Notes: generated by a model not told the origin, from the sequence alone. Numbered from the stretch's first letter, positions 13,353 through 26,467 are shown. The stretch is DNA of 64,000 nt from the human T2T-CHM13v2.0 reference genome, Homo sapiens (GCF_009914755.1 NC_060925.1); one strand, 5' to 3'. Numbers and translations: made by a program.

Positions 13353-14882
13353 AGAACCAATATCTGTACCCCTTGCTAGGCTAATGCTTCCTAACACGTT
13401 TGCTCTTTTAATCCTTCCAGCTCTACATGGCAGGTGATGTTATCACATTTTATAGACAAGGGTTCTCAGGCCCCAAAGGGTTAAGTTACCTGTCTAAAAT
13501 GCTCTGGCAGGGAGGAGATGATGTCAGGATTTGAACCCAGCTTCCTATGACTCAAACCAATTTATTCCATTTATCTAAACCTGGTATCCCCTGGAGCCAT
13601 GATACTGTTCTCTTACCTGTTCTAAGAAGCAGCTTCTCTCAGATGAAGGAAAGTAAAACTGGTCTTATTACATGTTCTATTCTGGCTTCTAGAAAGAGCC
13701 AAGATAAACATAGATAAAACAAAGCTTTTGCCCATATTGGGTAGCAAATAGTGCCAGCTCATTTTCTGTAAGCCTTCACACAATGTGGCCAGCATCCCAG
13801 GAATACCAAGTGGGGACTGGGGGAACTCATGGGTGTCCAGCCCAGGATCATTTGCATCCTGAGTGGGGAAGAACAAGAAAGGAACATGAAATTAAACTAC
13901 AGATTCAAATGTAGTGCCCTTTTGATTCAGGTAGGTGTGGAAGGTGTGCAGAAGGGCGGGTTTCTAACTCTCTCTGTGCAGGTGACAGCCACATGTTGGT
14001 CTGACTCAGATGGGAAGAAGATGGCACACATTTCTGTGGGGCTTCAGAGGAAAGACTCATCTGTTAGACTCTCTCCAGCACGCCGTAACTTCAGAGATGG
14101 GGCTTCTGCAGTTGATCAGTTTTAGCCTCACTAATTAGTCTCATGCCTGCCTCCAGGGACATCAGGTTTATTTAGATAGACTTGAAAAGAGCAGAAATAA
14201 AATATCTTCCAAAATGAAAATTCCGTTTGGCCATCTGTGGATGGTTTAGCTTTATTTTCTCAGTGTACCGACTCTTTCTGCTGATAGCTCTAACATTCTG
14301 AAAGAGGACGACGGCTTTGAAATAATATTCTTGGACTCTTTAAAGCTTCTATTTGAACCTTCTTTAAAACGCTGAGTTTCTTTGTGAAAGAAAATGACGT
14401 TTAAATGGGTACATCTAAGTATCTAAAAATATGAAGCCACTGATCATGCAGAATTACTTCCAGACATTGAGACAATTATATATTATGAAAACTTATTCTG
14501 ATTTTCAAGACAGACACACCGACGACCAAATCCTATAGCTTTTCAAGCTTTTAGTATTAAGATCCAGAAAAGGTCTTTGGGAGACTCCTAGTTTCTGATA
14601 AGCTATTTCTTATAGAAAATGCTTTATGCTTCCCTGCATGTATCTTCTTTGTATTTGCACATTTATCTGGATACATGCTTCTTTTTTTCTGTTTTGTTAG
14701 TTTTCCTGTTCTTTGGCAAACAGAGCTGTCCACTACATTTATCACAAGGCGATGTATAAACTGCTTATAAATGGAGCAGTGCCTTCCTGGGATTAGCTTT
14801 TTTTTTTTTTTTTTAGGTTGAAAACCATGGGGAAAATCTGCTGAGATTAACCCCACACCTTTGTCTCCTGGTATTCATTTAG

Positions 14883-15051
14883 ATTCTGAGCATTCCCTCT
14901 GAGACAGCCAGCCCTGAAGCTTCCCTGAGAGCAGTGCTGAGCAGAGCCATGGAAAAATCAGTCCCGGCCATTGAAATATGCCACCTCCTGTGCAGTGTCC
15001 ACAAATCTTTTCCAGGCCTGCAGCCTGTCATGCAGGAGTTGGCATACATTG
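14883..15051 (+). CDS. ZBTB40: ZBTB40 coding exon (exon 10), 169 nt, phase 0->1; ILSIPSET...ELAYI
   Basis: tcatttag| acceptor, ATTG|gtaagg donor; frame continuous. Confidence 0.94.
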
Positions 15052-15379
15052 GTAAGGAACGGGCCAGGTGGGAAGGGGGTTCCTATCAGCACACCAGGTT
15101 GTTTCTTGAAGAAAGAGACAGCATTTCATATCATAGTTTATCACAACCTTAAGTTACGTATTCATTTTATATGCTCTGAATACCTAAAAAAGTCATGAGA
15201 CATAGGGGGAAAATGTTCTTTGTGTTTATTGGAAAGTAAGGAGGACAATGATATTACTTCAGAGTGTTTTTGAGGATCTCAAGTAGTCTCTAGTCTCCTG
15301 TAAGAAGTGTGTTAGAAACGTTATAAAGCAAAATAGAAACAGAGAGTTCGCAGAGCCACGAGATGTCTCTTTTATGCAG

Positions 15380-15838
15380 GTGTCCTTACTAAGGAAGATG
15401 GAGAGAAGGAAACGTGGAAGGTGAGTAATAAATTTCACCTTGAAGCCAACAACAAAGAAGATGAAAAGGCAGCCAAAGAAGACAGCCAGCCTGGGGAACA
15501 GAATGATCAAGGAGAGACTGGTTCCTTGCCAGGACAGCAAGAGAAAGAGGCTTCAGCCTCCCCAGACCCTGCCAAGAAGAGCTTCATCTGTAAGGCCTGC
15601 GACAAAAGCTTCCATTTCTACTGCCGCCTAAAGGTGCACATGAAGCGCTGCCGGGTGGCTAAGAGCAAACAGGTGCAGTGTAAGGAGTGCAGTGAGACCA
15701 AGGATTCAAAGAAAGAGCTGGACAAACATCAGCTGGAGGCCCATGGTGCAGGTGGAGAGCCCGATGCCCCCAAGAAGAAGAAGAAGAGGCTTCCAGTGAC
15801 ATGTGACCTCTGTGGCAGAGAATTTGCCCATGCCTCAG
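15380..15838 (+). CDS. ZBTB40: ZBTB40 coding exon (exon 11), 459 nt, phase 1->1; acidic linker, two atypical zinc fingers, PKKKKKR NLS-like motif, start of finger 3
   Basis: ttttatgcag| acceptor, TCAG|gtacgt donor; CKAC/CKEC/CDLC motifs. Confidence 0.95.
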
Positions 15839-16627
15839 GTACGTTCAAGAAGGCAAAGGAACAGAGGATGATAATTGTGGGTTTTATAGCTTGGATTTCA
15901 GGCCTTTCCCTTAGTTGTGTGCAGTGAGGGCTGTGGGTGGGCTTAGAAAATAGAGCAGGTTCCTACAGAGGCAGGGTAATATTTTAAGAGCATGGGCTTT
16001 GGAATCAGCCCCCGAGCTTTGATTTCCCCAAATCTATTAAAGCAGCACCCTGATACCACTTACTCTGTTGCATTGTTATGAAGACTTAAGGTAACAGAGC
16101 TAAACACCAGTGCACTGCCTGTAACAGAGTGAGCACACAATAACTTACAGCTCTTACTGTTTACAGTGATAACCAGCTACTTAATACCTGGCTCATGTTT
16201 CCATGTGCCACTTGTTTCTTGGTAACAAACAAGAGTCATGGAAATCATGGGATGTACAGTCAGAATGGTTTCCCTTGTCCTAGAATTTGGATAAACCTAA
16301 TGAAATATAAAAGCAAGTTGAGTTTCCCTAGTTCTGGGTGGCAGGGTCCTATTTAAGAGAGAGAAGGGAATGGGGAAGATAAGCCCAGCATTACTTTCCA
16401 CCGGCTCCATCCAGGAGTAAGGCCAGGTGACTTTGGGGATGCCAGTTGGTGGGTAGAGAGCAGCGTGGCTGTGTGCAGTGGGTACCAGCGTGGCCTGGCA
16501 CCCTGGGCTTCATGCTGTGCTTCCTCTGGAGGCCTGGGCTGAGACAGTGCTCTTGGTATCCTGTGCTAGATTCCTAACACTGATTAGTAGCATCTCTTCT
16601 GGCCTCTGGTGTGCTTGGCTTCCCTAG

Positions 16628-16834
16628 GCATGCAGTACCATAAGCTGACAGAGCACTTCGATGAGAAGCCTTTCTCCTGTGAAGAGTGTGGGGCGAAGTT
16701 TGCAGCCAATTCCACCCTGAAGAACCACCTTCGCCTTCACACCGGGGACCGCCCGTTCATGTGCAAGCACTGCCTCATGACCTTCACCCAGGCCTCCGCC
16801 CTGGCCTATCACACCAAGAAGAAGCACTCAGAAG
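16628..16834 (+). CDS. ZBTB40: ZBTB40 coding exon (exon 12), 207 nt, phase 1->1; C2H2 fingers
   Basis: tccctag| acceptor, GAAG|gtaagg donor; CEEC..H..H, HTGDRPF linker, CKHC finger. Confidence 0.96.
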
Positions 16835-16934
16835 GTAAGGCGGGGCACAGTTCATTTCTCCTGCAGACTTTCACTGCGAACTGCCTAAACCCCATTTGGA
16901 TTAGGTGTGATATATATCTCAAAAACAAAACAAT

Positions 16935-17165
16935 TTGATAGCACAACAGGGTGACTAAAGTCAATAATAACTTAATTGTACATTTTAAATACAGTGTAAT
17001 TTGGATTATTTATTACACAGAGGATAAATGCTGGAGGGGATGGATCTCTCATTCTCCCTGATGCAGTTATTTCATATTGCATGCCTGCAGCACAACATCA
17101 CATGTACCTTGTGAATATATACACCTACTGTGTACCCACAAAAGTTAAGTATCAAAAAAAAAATA
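16935..17165 (+). mobile_element. L1MA-type 3' end
   Basis: 'gatagcacaacagggtgact...taataacttaattgtacatttt...atatacacctactgtgtacccacaaaa' plus A-tail. Confidence 0.75.
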
Positions 17166-17166
17166 A

Positions 17167-17430
<264 letters not shown>

Positions 17431-17550
17431 TTAAAAAACAATGCACAACCTCTAGGCAAACAGACGACTGGGAATAGCTCTGTGCACAGACGTAAACTGC
17501 TTACTGGGAGAGCTTCTGAAAGAGACTGGCTAACCTCCTATGACTTTATA

Positions 17551-17590
17551 TTAGGTCTTGTGGAAAAGTCATTGTGGTTTTTGCCATTAA
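17551..17590. mobile_element. Partial MADE1 (mariner MITE) inverted-repeat arm
   Basis: 'ttaggtcttgtggaaaagtcattgtggtttttgccatta' resembles the MADE1/Hsmar1 TIR 'ttaggttggtgcaaaagtaattgcggtttttgccatta'. Confidence 0.55.
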
Positions 17591-17949
17591 AAGTTATAGA
17601 GAATTTACATAAAATTATTTGAGCTTTGAAGTCGAGTTCAAGCATGAGAAGGACCCTGACTAAGCACCTACCGTGGATCAGACAGTGGCAGATGCCGAGT
17701 GGCTGAGCTGGGATTCCTGTGTGCCCATAGCTTGTGGCCTGAAGGGGGCAGGGAGAGGGGAGTGTAGCGCCCGTTACAATGCAGATTGTCAGCGGTATAA
17801 TGTGGAATAACACCAGCGTGATGAGGAAGGATGGAGAAGGGGTCTCTAGTCCAGTTGGAGGGGAGGAGGAGGTACATTGTCAGGGAAGGCTTTTTGGAGC
17901 AGCCTACCTATTGTTTAGAGCATTTCTTTATAAATTATAAGGTAACCAT

Positions 17950-20230
17950 TGTTTGACGTGGACTGTCACAGTAGCCTCAAAGCTGGTCTTGCTTTCACCA
18001 TTTCTCTTGATACTTAAAAAATAAATAAACCCTATCAGGTCACTTCTCTGCTCCAAATTCTTCAATGGCTTTTTGTCCCACTCAGTTGTGAAATCCAGAG
18101 TCCTTAAGATAGCCTCCTCAGCCCTCTGTGATTAAGGTTCCTGATTCCTCTCTGACTTCATCTCTTAGGCCTGCACATTTTAGCTTTCTGGCCAGGCCTC
18201 AGGCCCGCAGGCACCTGCTCCAGGACCTTTATTCTTACCCTTCCCTTTGCTGGGGACGCTTCCCATCAGACATCTCACGTTTCACTTCCTCACCTCCTTT
18301 GAGACCTTACTCACACTTACCTTCTCTGTGAGTCCCTTCCTGGGCCACCCTCTGTAAGGTCTCAGCACCCCACCCCTGGTTTCCATGCAGTATTTTTCTC
18401 CCATAGTGCTTCTCATATGATGTAGTATCTACTTTAGTAATTTATTTCTGCTTAGTCTTCCCTGTTAGAATGCAAGTGTCATGAGTGGCAAGCTGTTAGT
18501 CTTTCTTTTCCCACTGCTGTATCCATGGGACTTAGACTAGTACTTGGCAATAGTAGGCCTTCAATCGATATTTGCTGAGTGAATGAATTTCACAAGCATT
18601 GTTTCAGACATGGGGTATTATAAATATACGCACCCCTGTCATGGGACTTACATCCCACTGGGTAAAACTGACAATAAACAAATAAATATATAGTATAAAT
18701 TTAGATAGCAGTTATTACTATGAAGAAGCATAAAGCAGGGTACACAGTGAGAGGACAGGGCTTGGGGGACACTATTTGTATCATCAGAGAAGGCCTCTGC
18801 AAGATGGCATTTGTGGAGAAACCTAAACAAAGTGAGAGATGGAGCCAGTGAAAGACCTAGAAGGAGAGCATCCCAAGTGCAGAGCTGCCTCCCCGGTGGA
18901 AACGAGCTTTACCTGCATGAGAGACCACAGAAAACTAGAAGGGGCTAAAGCAGAGTCAACGAGGAAGAGCATTAAGAGATAAGGCCAGAGATGCTAGCAA
19001 AGGCTGGACCTTGGAGGGTCTTATAAGCCAAGGTGAGGACTTTTGGTTTTTATGTGAAGTGTGTTAGTTTATCCTGCTGCTGTAACAAATTACCACAAAT
19101 GCTGGCCTAAAACAACCCAAATATACTCTTTTACCATTCTGGAGGATAGCAATCCAAGATGGGTCTTGTGAGGCTAAATTCAAGCTTTCGGCAGAGTTCC
19201 TTCTGGAGGCTCTAGGGGAGATCTCATTCCTTGCCTTTCCAGCCCCTAGACGTTGCCCGCATTCCCTGGCTCTTGGCCACATCACCCCAACCTCTGCCTC
19301 CATCACCATACCTCCTTTTCTGACTCTTCTTCCTCCCTCTTATGAGGACCCTTGCGATTACATTGAGCCCACCTGGATAATCCAAGACAACCCCCCCATC
19401 ACAAGATCCTTAATCCAGTCACATTCACAAAGTCCTTTTGCCATGTATGGTAACATACACACAGGTTTGAGGAATTAGGACATGGACATCTTTGGGGGCC
19501 ATTATCCCGCCTACCACATGAAGCCATAGAAGGGTTTTGAGCAGAGAATGAGTGGTAGGATCTAATTTACATTTTCAGAAGTTAATTCTGGCCACTCCAG
19601 ACAATGAGCTATAGTAGGGCAAGAGGGAAACAGAAGGCTGTTAGAGCCGTTCAGTGTAGAGGTGATATAGTTTTCAACTAGAGTTGTGTTAGTGGGGGTT
19701 GTAAAGAACGTTCAAGTTTTAGGATATATTTTTGAAAATGGAGGTAACAGGACTCATGGTGGATTAGATGTGGGATGTGAAGGAAAGAAAGGAACTAAAG
19801 GAACTGAAGGCTTTGGGGCTTTGCCATGAGCAACTGAGTGAATGATGCTGCCATTTACTGAGATGGGGGAGTGTGTGGATGGTGGCTGTGGGGGTGATGG
19901 GGATAGAGCATTGGAAGCTCTGTTTTGAGCTCCCAAAACAGATGAGGACTTTGGGTTTTTATGTGAAGTATGTTAGTTTATCCTGCTGCTGTAACAAATT
20001 ACCACAAATAGTGGCCTATTTGATGCATTGGGAGATACCTACTAGACATCCAGGTGGAGAGCAGAGCAGTGGGGAGTTGGACATATGGGTCTGGAGTTCT
20101 GGGGAAAGGTGGGAGCTGGAGCTATACTACAGGAGGCATCCATTACAGATGGTGTATGAGGCACTGAGAGATCATCTAGAAACAGGATTGAGAACGTCAA
20201 GGACTAAGCCCCAGGCTCCTCAATAATTTC
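17950..20230. mobile_element. Cluster of L2 fragments (both orientations) interrupted by an MLT1 LTR
   Basis: L2 3' text 'atatttgctgagtgaatgaat', 'ttggacatatgggtctggagttctggggaaagg', 'ccatttactgagatggggg'. Confidence 0.6.
19060..19518 (-). mobile_element. Solo MaLR LTR (MLT1A/C-like) with 5-bp target-site duplication TGAAG
   Basis: TG...CA termini ('tgtgttagttt' ... 'cctaccaca'); TGAAG at 19055-19059 and 19519-19523. Confidence 0.85.
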
Positions 20231-21003
20231 ACCTCTCCATTCAAGGAACCCTTTTTTTCCTAACAGAGTCTTATTTTGCAGCCCAATACATAAACACTGA
20301 AAATGAGGCTGCTTGTCCTAGTTGTGGTAGACCCTGGGATCCGGGGTTCTGGTGCCATGCCTCACCAATTGCCCTGCTTGCTCTCTCGGCCCATAAGGGA
20401 GCTTGGAGGTTCAGTTGGTCTAGCATTTCTCACAAATGCCAGTTCTCCAGACTTGTTCTTTATCCACATTTTCTAATAATCTTTGGCAGTCTGGTCATTA
20501 TATCCTCATTATATGCATGTGAAAATATAGAAACCAAGGGACACATAATAACTTTATAGCAAGCAACTGGAAGAAGGCTTTCATTCCTCTCTGAATCCAC
20601 GACTCTCACCTTTGTGCACAGTTGCAGATCCACACTGTGTATGTCGCCAGGGGATCCAAACCCACGTGTTTCTGGGCACAGGGATGTATCTGGTTGCGGG
20701 AGTAGAGTGCGCTCTTCCATACTTGTGGTGGCTGATGAACAGATGGGTTGTCTTGTGCAGTGAGAACTCCGTCCTTATTCCTTTGTCCAACCACACTCGC
20801 ACCTTCCGTGTGATCGGCTGTGTTTGTGAGGTGCCATGTGATGAGACGGCTCAGATCTCACCCAGCGTATTGCAGACTGCCTGATGTTTTAATGTCATCT
20901 ACCAGATGATATTTCCCTGATACGTGCTGTAGAATTAGATTTTGTTTGTAGCAATGCCATAAATTTTTAGTGCTGACTCTAATAAGCTCCTGTGTATTTG
21001 CAG

Positions 21004-21168
21004 GGAAAATGTATGCATGCCAGTACTGTGATGCTGTGTTTGCCCAGTCTATTGAGCTGTCCCGCCACGTGAGGACCCACACCGGGGACAAGCCCTATGT
21101 CTGCAGAGACTGTGGCAAGGGCTTCCGGCAAGCCAATGGCCTCTCCATCCATCTGCACACCTTTCACA
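21004..21168 (+). CDS. ZBTB40: ZBTB40 coding exon (exon 13), 165 nt, phase 1->1; two C2H2 fingers
   Basis: atttgcag| acceptor, CACA|gtatgt donor; CQYC, HTGDKPY, CRDC. Confidence 0.96.
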
Positions 21169-23764
21169 GTATGTAGAGACTGTGGATCTCAAGCCCTCAG
21201 TGCCAGCCTGGCACTGGGAAAGCGTGTCAATTGCAGCAGAGGTGTCAATCCATCAGACCCAAGCTCCATTCAGTGCATTCCCCTTACCTGTTCCGCTGCA
21301 AAACCCAGAGTCCCTCATTCCTAGTTCAGGAAGAATCTCATTTTAAGGTATCTCATATAACGCTTATTTCTCTCTGGCCAGGCTGTTTCCCTGTCTTCCT
21401 TTTTAGCCCACCTGGCACCATTTGTCCAACAGAGGCAAATTTTGTTTGAAGGAGAAAGCCTCTGTAACTGATTGGCTCACAGAGCACTGGAATATTTCCA
21501 TTAGGCCATCTTCCATTTGCCTTTTCCCGTAGGAGCAGTCCAGACACTTTCTGAGTTAATGTCTACCATCGTAAGTGAGCCTTGGTTATGTTTCCTTAAA
21601 AACCTCCCGCCCAGCATTCTCTTCCGAATGCCATTGTATTTCACACAGTTAGTGGGGTCTGCCCCTGTCTTTCTCCCCTTCTGTGAGAACTGACACAGAC
21701 AGAAACACACTTTTATTCGGCATGCGTGCATGCGTGGGCACACACACATATATATACACACACAGGAAGGAAGGACAAAGAAATTCCGTGATTCCTCATT
21801 ACACCATCGGGAAATCACCAGCGTGGCATTTGGCTGGCCACATCACATTTTCTTCAGCCTCTCTTGTTGCAGCAGGAGTGTAATCAGCACAGCACAGCAC
21901 AGCAGGGGAGTTAAGAGCTTGGAGTCTGGAATCACACAGGCTTGGACTTGAATCTTGACCCTGACGCTTACTTTTCTTGAGGCCTTAAACAAATTTATTT
22001 ACCATTCTAAGCCTCTTATGCCCCTTCTGTAAACTAGAGCAAATAATAATGCCACCACCTTGGATTGTAATTAGAATTAAATGAGACCACATGTAAAGCA
22101 TGACACTCCACGCCTGACACATAGAAAATGCTCAGTAATGCCAGATACTGTTATTATTGGTGACAAGAGCAACCCTCTCAGATGCCATTTGTCACCATCA
22201 AAACTTGTCTTTTTTGCATGCCCTGCATCTCACATGCTCTTCTTCCCTCCCCACCCCTCTTCCCACACACCAGTTTCTAGCTGTTGGCAGATACAGTGTC
22301 TCACAAGTGCGCTTTATGTAAACACATCCAAGTCTGTCGTCAGCCAGCCAGCAAGGACTTTGCCAAAGCTCCTATGTGCCCAGCATGTGGCTAGACATTG
22401 GGTGATGCAGGGGGAAAATAAAGTGTGGCCCTTTCCCTCCAAGCAGTTTACAAGGCTGTCCAAAAAAATCCAGTTACAGTAGGCTTCCAGATGAGAGATT
22501 TGGCTTGGATCCAGTGCCACAATTTTGATGTCCTCTTGACCTCTTTAATGACATTCTGCTTTAGTCTTCCTTTCCCAGTAGCATTACCTGGGCGTCAGGA
22601 AAGGGGAAGACGTTATTAACTTTCAGAAGGGAGAAGACCCAGAATACTTTGCCATACCCTAAACTATATCATCCGTGGCAGGCCTAGCATCCAGGCCCCC
22701 CTCTCTCTCCCATTTCTTGCCTGTTTCATAGAACCACATCATTGCTTATGGAAAGCTGCATCAAAGTGTCTTAGAAGATGGTGTAAAACTGAGATTTCAA
22801 GAGCTCATGTCCACAGGGAAACTAGTTAGTGATACCGAATGCTGCTGCATGTCAGAATTCCTGAATTAATCTGAATCAATGCACATAAAAGATTGGCTTG
22901 TGAGCAAAGGATTTTATTAAAACATTTTGATTTCTGTTGCTTTAAGAAAAAGACCAAAGTTTCCTGCCATAGGATGGCAAATGTATTCTTCATCACTACT
23001 AGTTTTATTGTGGGGGTCTCACTGAAGGGTTGGCATATCCAATCAAGCATGTAGCTCTCAGACAGCATGGATTTGGGAGTGAGAGATGGGATTGTTACTC
23101 AGTTCAGCCATTTCTTAATTATGCCCATGGGCAAGATACTGCCTTACCACTCTAAACCTTGATTTTCCTAATCTGTAAAATAGGGATGATAATAGAACCT
23201 ACTCATAGAGTTATTGGAAGGATTAAGTGAGTTAATTTACATAAAGCACTTAGAATATGCCTGTCATAGAGCACTCATTATGCTAATGTTTTTATTGTTG
23301 AATCTAAAGTGGGGAGAAAGGAAGCATCCCTCCACTTGTGCTGTTGATGACAAAGGAATTAGTGATGCTCTGGGGAGTGTGCTGGAAATCCTCTACAGAG
23401 AATTAGAAAACTCCAGAATGCCCACTGCAAACCGGACGAGCCAGGGTGAAACTCCCTGGAAAGTGATAAAGTGTAATTTAACTTGAAAGATGTAAAATGA
23501 GGAATGGAGATGAACTACATGATGCTGCAGAGACAGTTAGTCTTGAAACCCTGGAGGAATCCCACCTCCTAGGATGAAGGTGGGGGTAGTCAGGTGACTG
23601 CTACACTGATTTCTGATCCTTGGAGTCTATGACCCTGCCTGTTACGTAAAGCAGAGTCTTCACATTTGTTGCTGTACACAACAACCAGTGTTTCACTGAT
23701 GGCTGCCTATGGTGTTTTCTTTTCCTCTCCACCTCTTCCTCTCATGGATGTCCCGTGAAACTAG

Positions 23765-23979
23765 ACATAGAAGATCCTTATGACTGCAAGAAGTGCAGGA
23801 TGAGTTTCCCCACTCTTCAGGATCACCGGAAGCACATCCATGAGGTGCACTCCAAAGAGTACCACCCCTGCCCCACGTGTGGGAAGATCTTCAGTGCCCC
23901 GTCCATGCTGGAGCGGCACATGGTGACCCACGTTGGAGGGAAGCCCTTCAGCTGCGGGATCTGCAACAAGGCCTACCAG
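23765..23979 (+). CDS. ZBTB40: ZBTB40 coding exon (exon 14), 215 nt, phase 1->0; C2H2 fingers
   Basis: aactag| acceptor, CAG|gtgacc donor; CKKC, CPTC, CGIC motifs. Confidence 0.95.
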
Positions 23980-25199
23980 GTGACCTCAGGTGCCACTGGG
24001 AGCTCTTCCCCTCACCCCTGACCTACTCTCCATTTGATCTTCCCTGATGCCCGGGTTGGTGGCTTGCAGATCATATCTTGTATCCAGGATGTGACAATTG
24101 GCTGATTCTCATGAAGGATGCAGCTTGTGATCCAGATTCTCTAAGGAGATCTGGTCGGAGTGCTGCAGTGGGGGAGCTCATTATTGGAGCAGAGAGTTCA
24201 TACGCTTCTTCTCTTAGACAGCAGACTTGTCGTGAACTAATGCTGCTTTTCCCCTTGGATGCTCACCTTCCATAGAACCCATTGCTCCCATGTGTCAATG
24301 GGCATGACAGCGGCAATGGGGAGTGGAACACTACCTGGAATTACCTTGTTTGGCACAATTAGTTTGTGTTTGTTTAACTCACAGGGAAGGGCTCAGCCTT
24401 TTTACCTTAGGATTTGATATGTAATTAAAGTGAAGCCCCATATAGAACTAAAAAGAAACTGCATCTGTCAGAAGCTTTAAAACTACAGAGAAAAGAATGG
24501 TCCTTGTGGCATCTATAAGATTTGGGTATAGACAAAGAAGCATAACTGCTAACTTTAGCTCAGCAAAAACTGAGAGCTAACTTTGTGCCAACGCTCATGT
24601 TGTGACATTAGCGTTCCAGAACGGAGACCTGGGCTTGAGCCCTAGGATGGCGTGGAATGGTAGGGAAAGTATTCCCAGTGCTGCTCTGGAACCTGGGAAG
24701 GAGAGGGACTCTTGCTTATGGGGCAAGGGCAGTGTGCACTCCTCCAGCAGCTTGCTCGGCTGTGCCCCAGCTCCCTGGGAAGCCGTGAGATGCAGCTCAC
24801 TGGTAAAGCACACAGGTGTTACAGTTGGAAGGCCTGGGCCTGAATCCTGGTCCTGCTATCTCCTGATGTTATGATTAGTCATTTAACCCCTCGGTGTCTC
24901 CGCTTCCAGCTCGCTAGGAAGACTCTAACACCTCCCTCATAGGCTTGTTGTAAGGAATGGGCATGTGAAGGACTCCTGGGAGCCCTGCCCTGTAGTGGCT
25001 TCTCAATGAATATGTAGTTGCCTTATTCTCACAAACACCAGGCTTTCCTCACATCAGCACCCGGTGTGATAGGTAAGAGTGTGTGATACTAGAAACGTCA
25101 GCTTATCCAAAAATGTATTTCTTTCTCTCATGAGAGCCTCGTGAGCTCTCCAGCTTGCTGGAACTTTCTAAGACCTAACACTTGCCAAATTCCTTGCAG

Positions 25200-25362
25200 C
25201 AATTGTCTGGTTTGTGGTACCACAATCGAACCCACCACCCTGACGTATTTGCTGCTCAGAACCACCGATCTTCCAAGTTCTCATCACTCCAGTGCAGCTC
25301 CTGTGACAAAACCTTCCCCAACACCATTGAGCACAAGAAGCACATCAAAGCAGAACATGCAG
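25200..25362 (+). CDS. ZBTB40: ZBTB40 coding exon (exon 15), 163 nt, phase 0->1
   Basis: ccttgcag| acceptor, GCAG|gtggag donor; completes the CGIC finger, contains the CSSC finger. Confidence 0.94.
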
Positions 25363-26080
25363 GTGGAGTTTGGGTACCGCCGGCAGAGAGCGGGAGGGGC
25401 TTGATGGTGTAGCCTCCTGGGCCCCACCAGAAATCCCCACTTCTAATAGTCTAGTGTGATGTGCAGTGGTCATTGCCTTTGTTCTGCCCCAGCGCACCTG
25501 TCCGTAGCAGCAGCAGTCAGTAGCAGCAGCTTGAGTGGCAGTGGTTCTCAAACCTGGAAGCGTAGCGCAGTGTAAGCTCCCACCAGCCCTGAGTGAGAGC
25601 TTGTTGGGGCACCTGGGAAGGGTGTCAGCCTCAGTGGTAGGCAGGCCTGAGTGGAAATCCTGATTCCAGCACTTATCAGCTACATGACCTTGGCAAGTGA
25701 CTTCCCTTTTCTGAGCCTGTTTCCTTCTCTCCAGGATGGCAGTTATTAAAACCTACTTTGCAGGTAAATTTGGTGATAATCACAACAGCTGTCAGTTACA
25801 GAGTGTTTCCTATGTGCAAGACACCATGCTAAGCACCTCGTGTATATTTTCTCATTTCATTCTCACAACATCCCTCTGAGCATCCAGGCAGTCTGGATCC
25901 AGATCTCATGCTCTTTACCACTAGATTGTACAAATATACCATAGGTTATAAGATTCCTGGCACTTGGTAGATGCTTGCTAAGTATTGGCCATCGCCCCAA
26001 CCCCAGCCCTGTTACTCTTCAGCCTTGGAGAGCCAACCATTTGTTCTTTCCCAGCACGTCTTTCTTTATGCACTTCACAG

Positions 26081-26167
26081 ATATGAAGTTCCATGAATGT
26101 GACCAGTGTAAGGAGCTCTTCCCCACGCCAGCCTTGCTGCAGGTTCATGTCAAGTGCCAGCATTCAG
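26081..26167 (+). CDS. ZBTB40: ZBTB40 coding exon (exon 16), 87 nt, phase 1->1; one C2H2 finger
   Basis: cttcacag| acceptor, TCAG|gtcagt donor; CDQC..H....H. Confidence 0.95.
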
Positions 26168-26467
26168 GTCAGTACCCCTGTCAGCATACTTCTAGGCTAG
26201 ACTCGGGGCCTGAATCTCCCCTCCACCACTTGCAGCTTTGCAACCTAGGCTAAATCGCTTAACAAACCTGTGCCTCGGTTTCTTCATCTATAAAATGGGA
26301 ACAGTTGTAGCACCTGCCTCATAGAGTAGTGTGAAAAACTGAAGGCCTTGGCATCAATAAGCATCCCTTAAGCCGTAACTGTGATTGTCATTGTTATTGC
26401 TATACTCATCAAATCTAAAGTGCCAGTTAAAAATAAATAAATACAATTCCAGTTATAAGATATACCA

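Noticed and set aside
21169-23764. Possible location of the described intronic lncRNA ZBTB40-IT1
   Set aside because: Known only from memory; no exon or promoter boundaries can be supported from sequence alone
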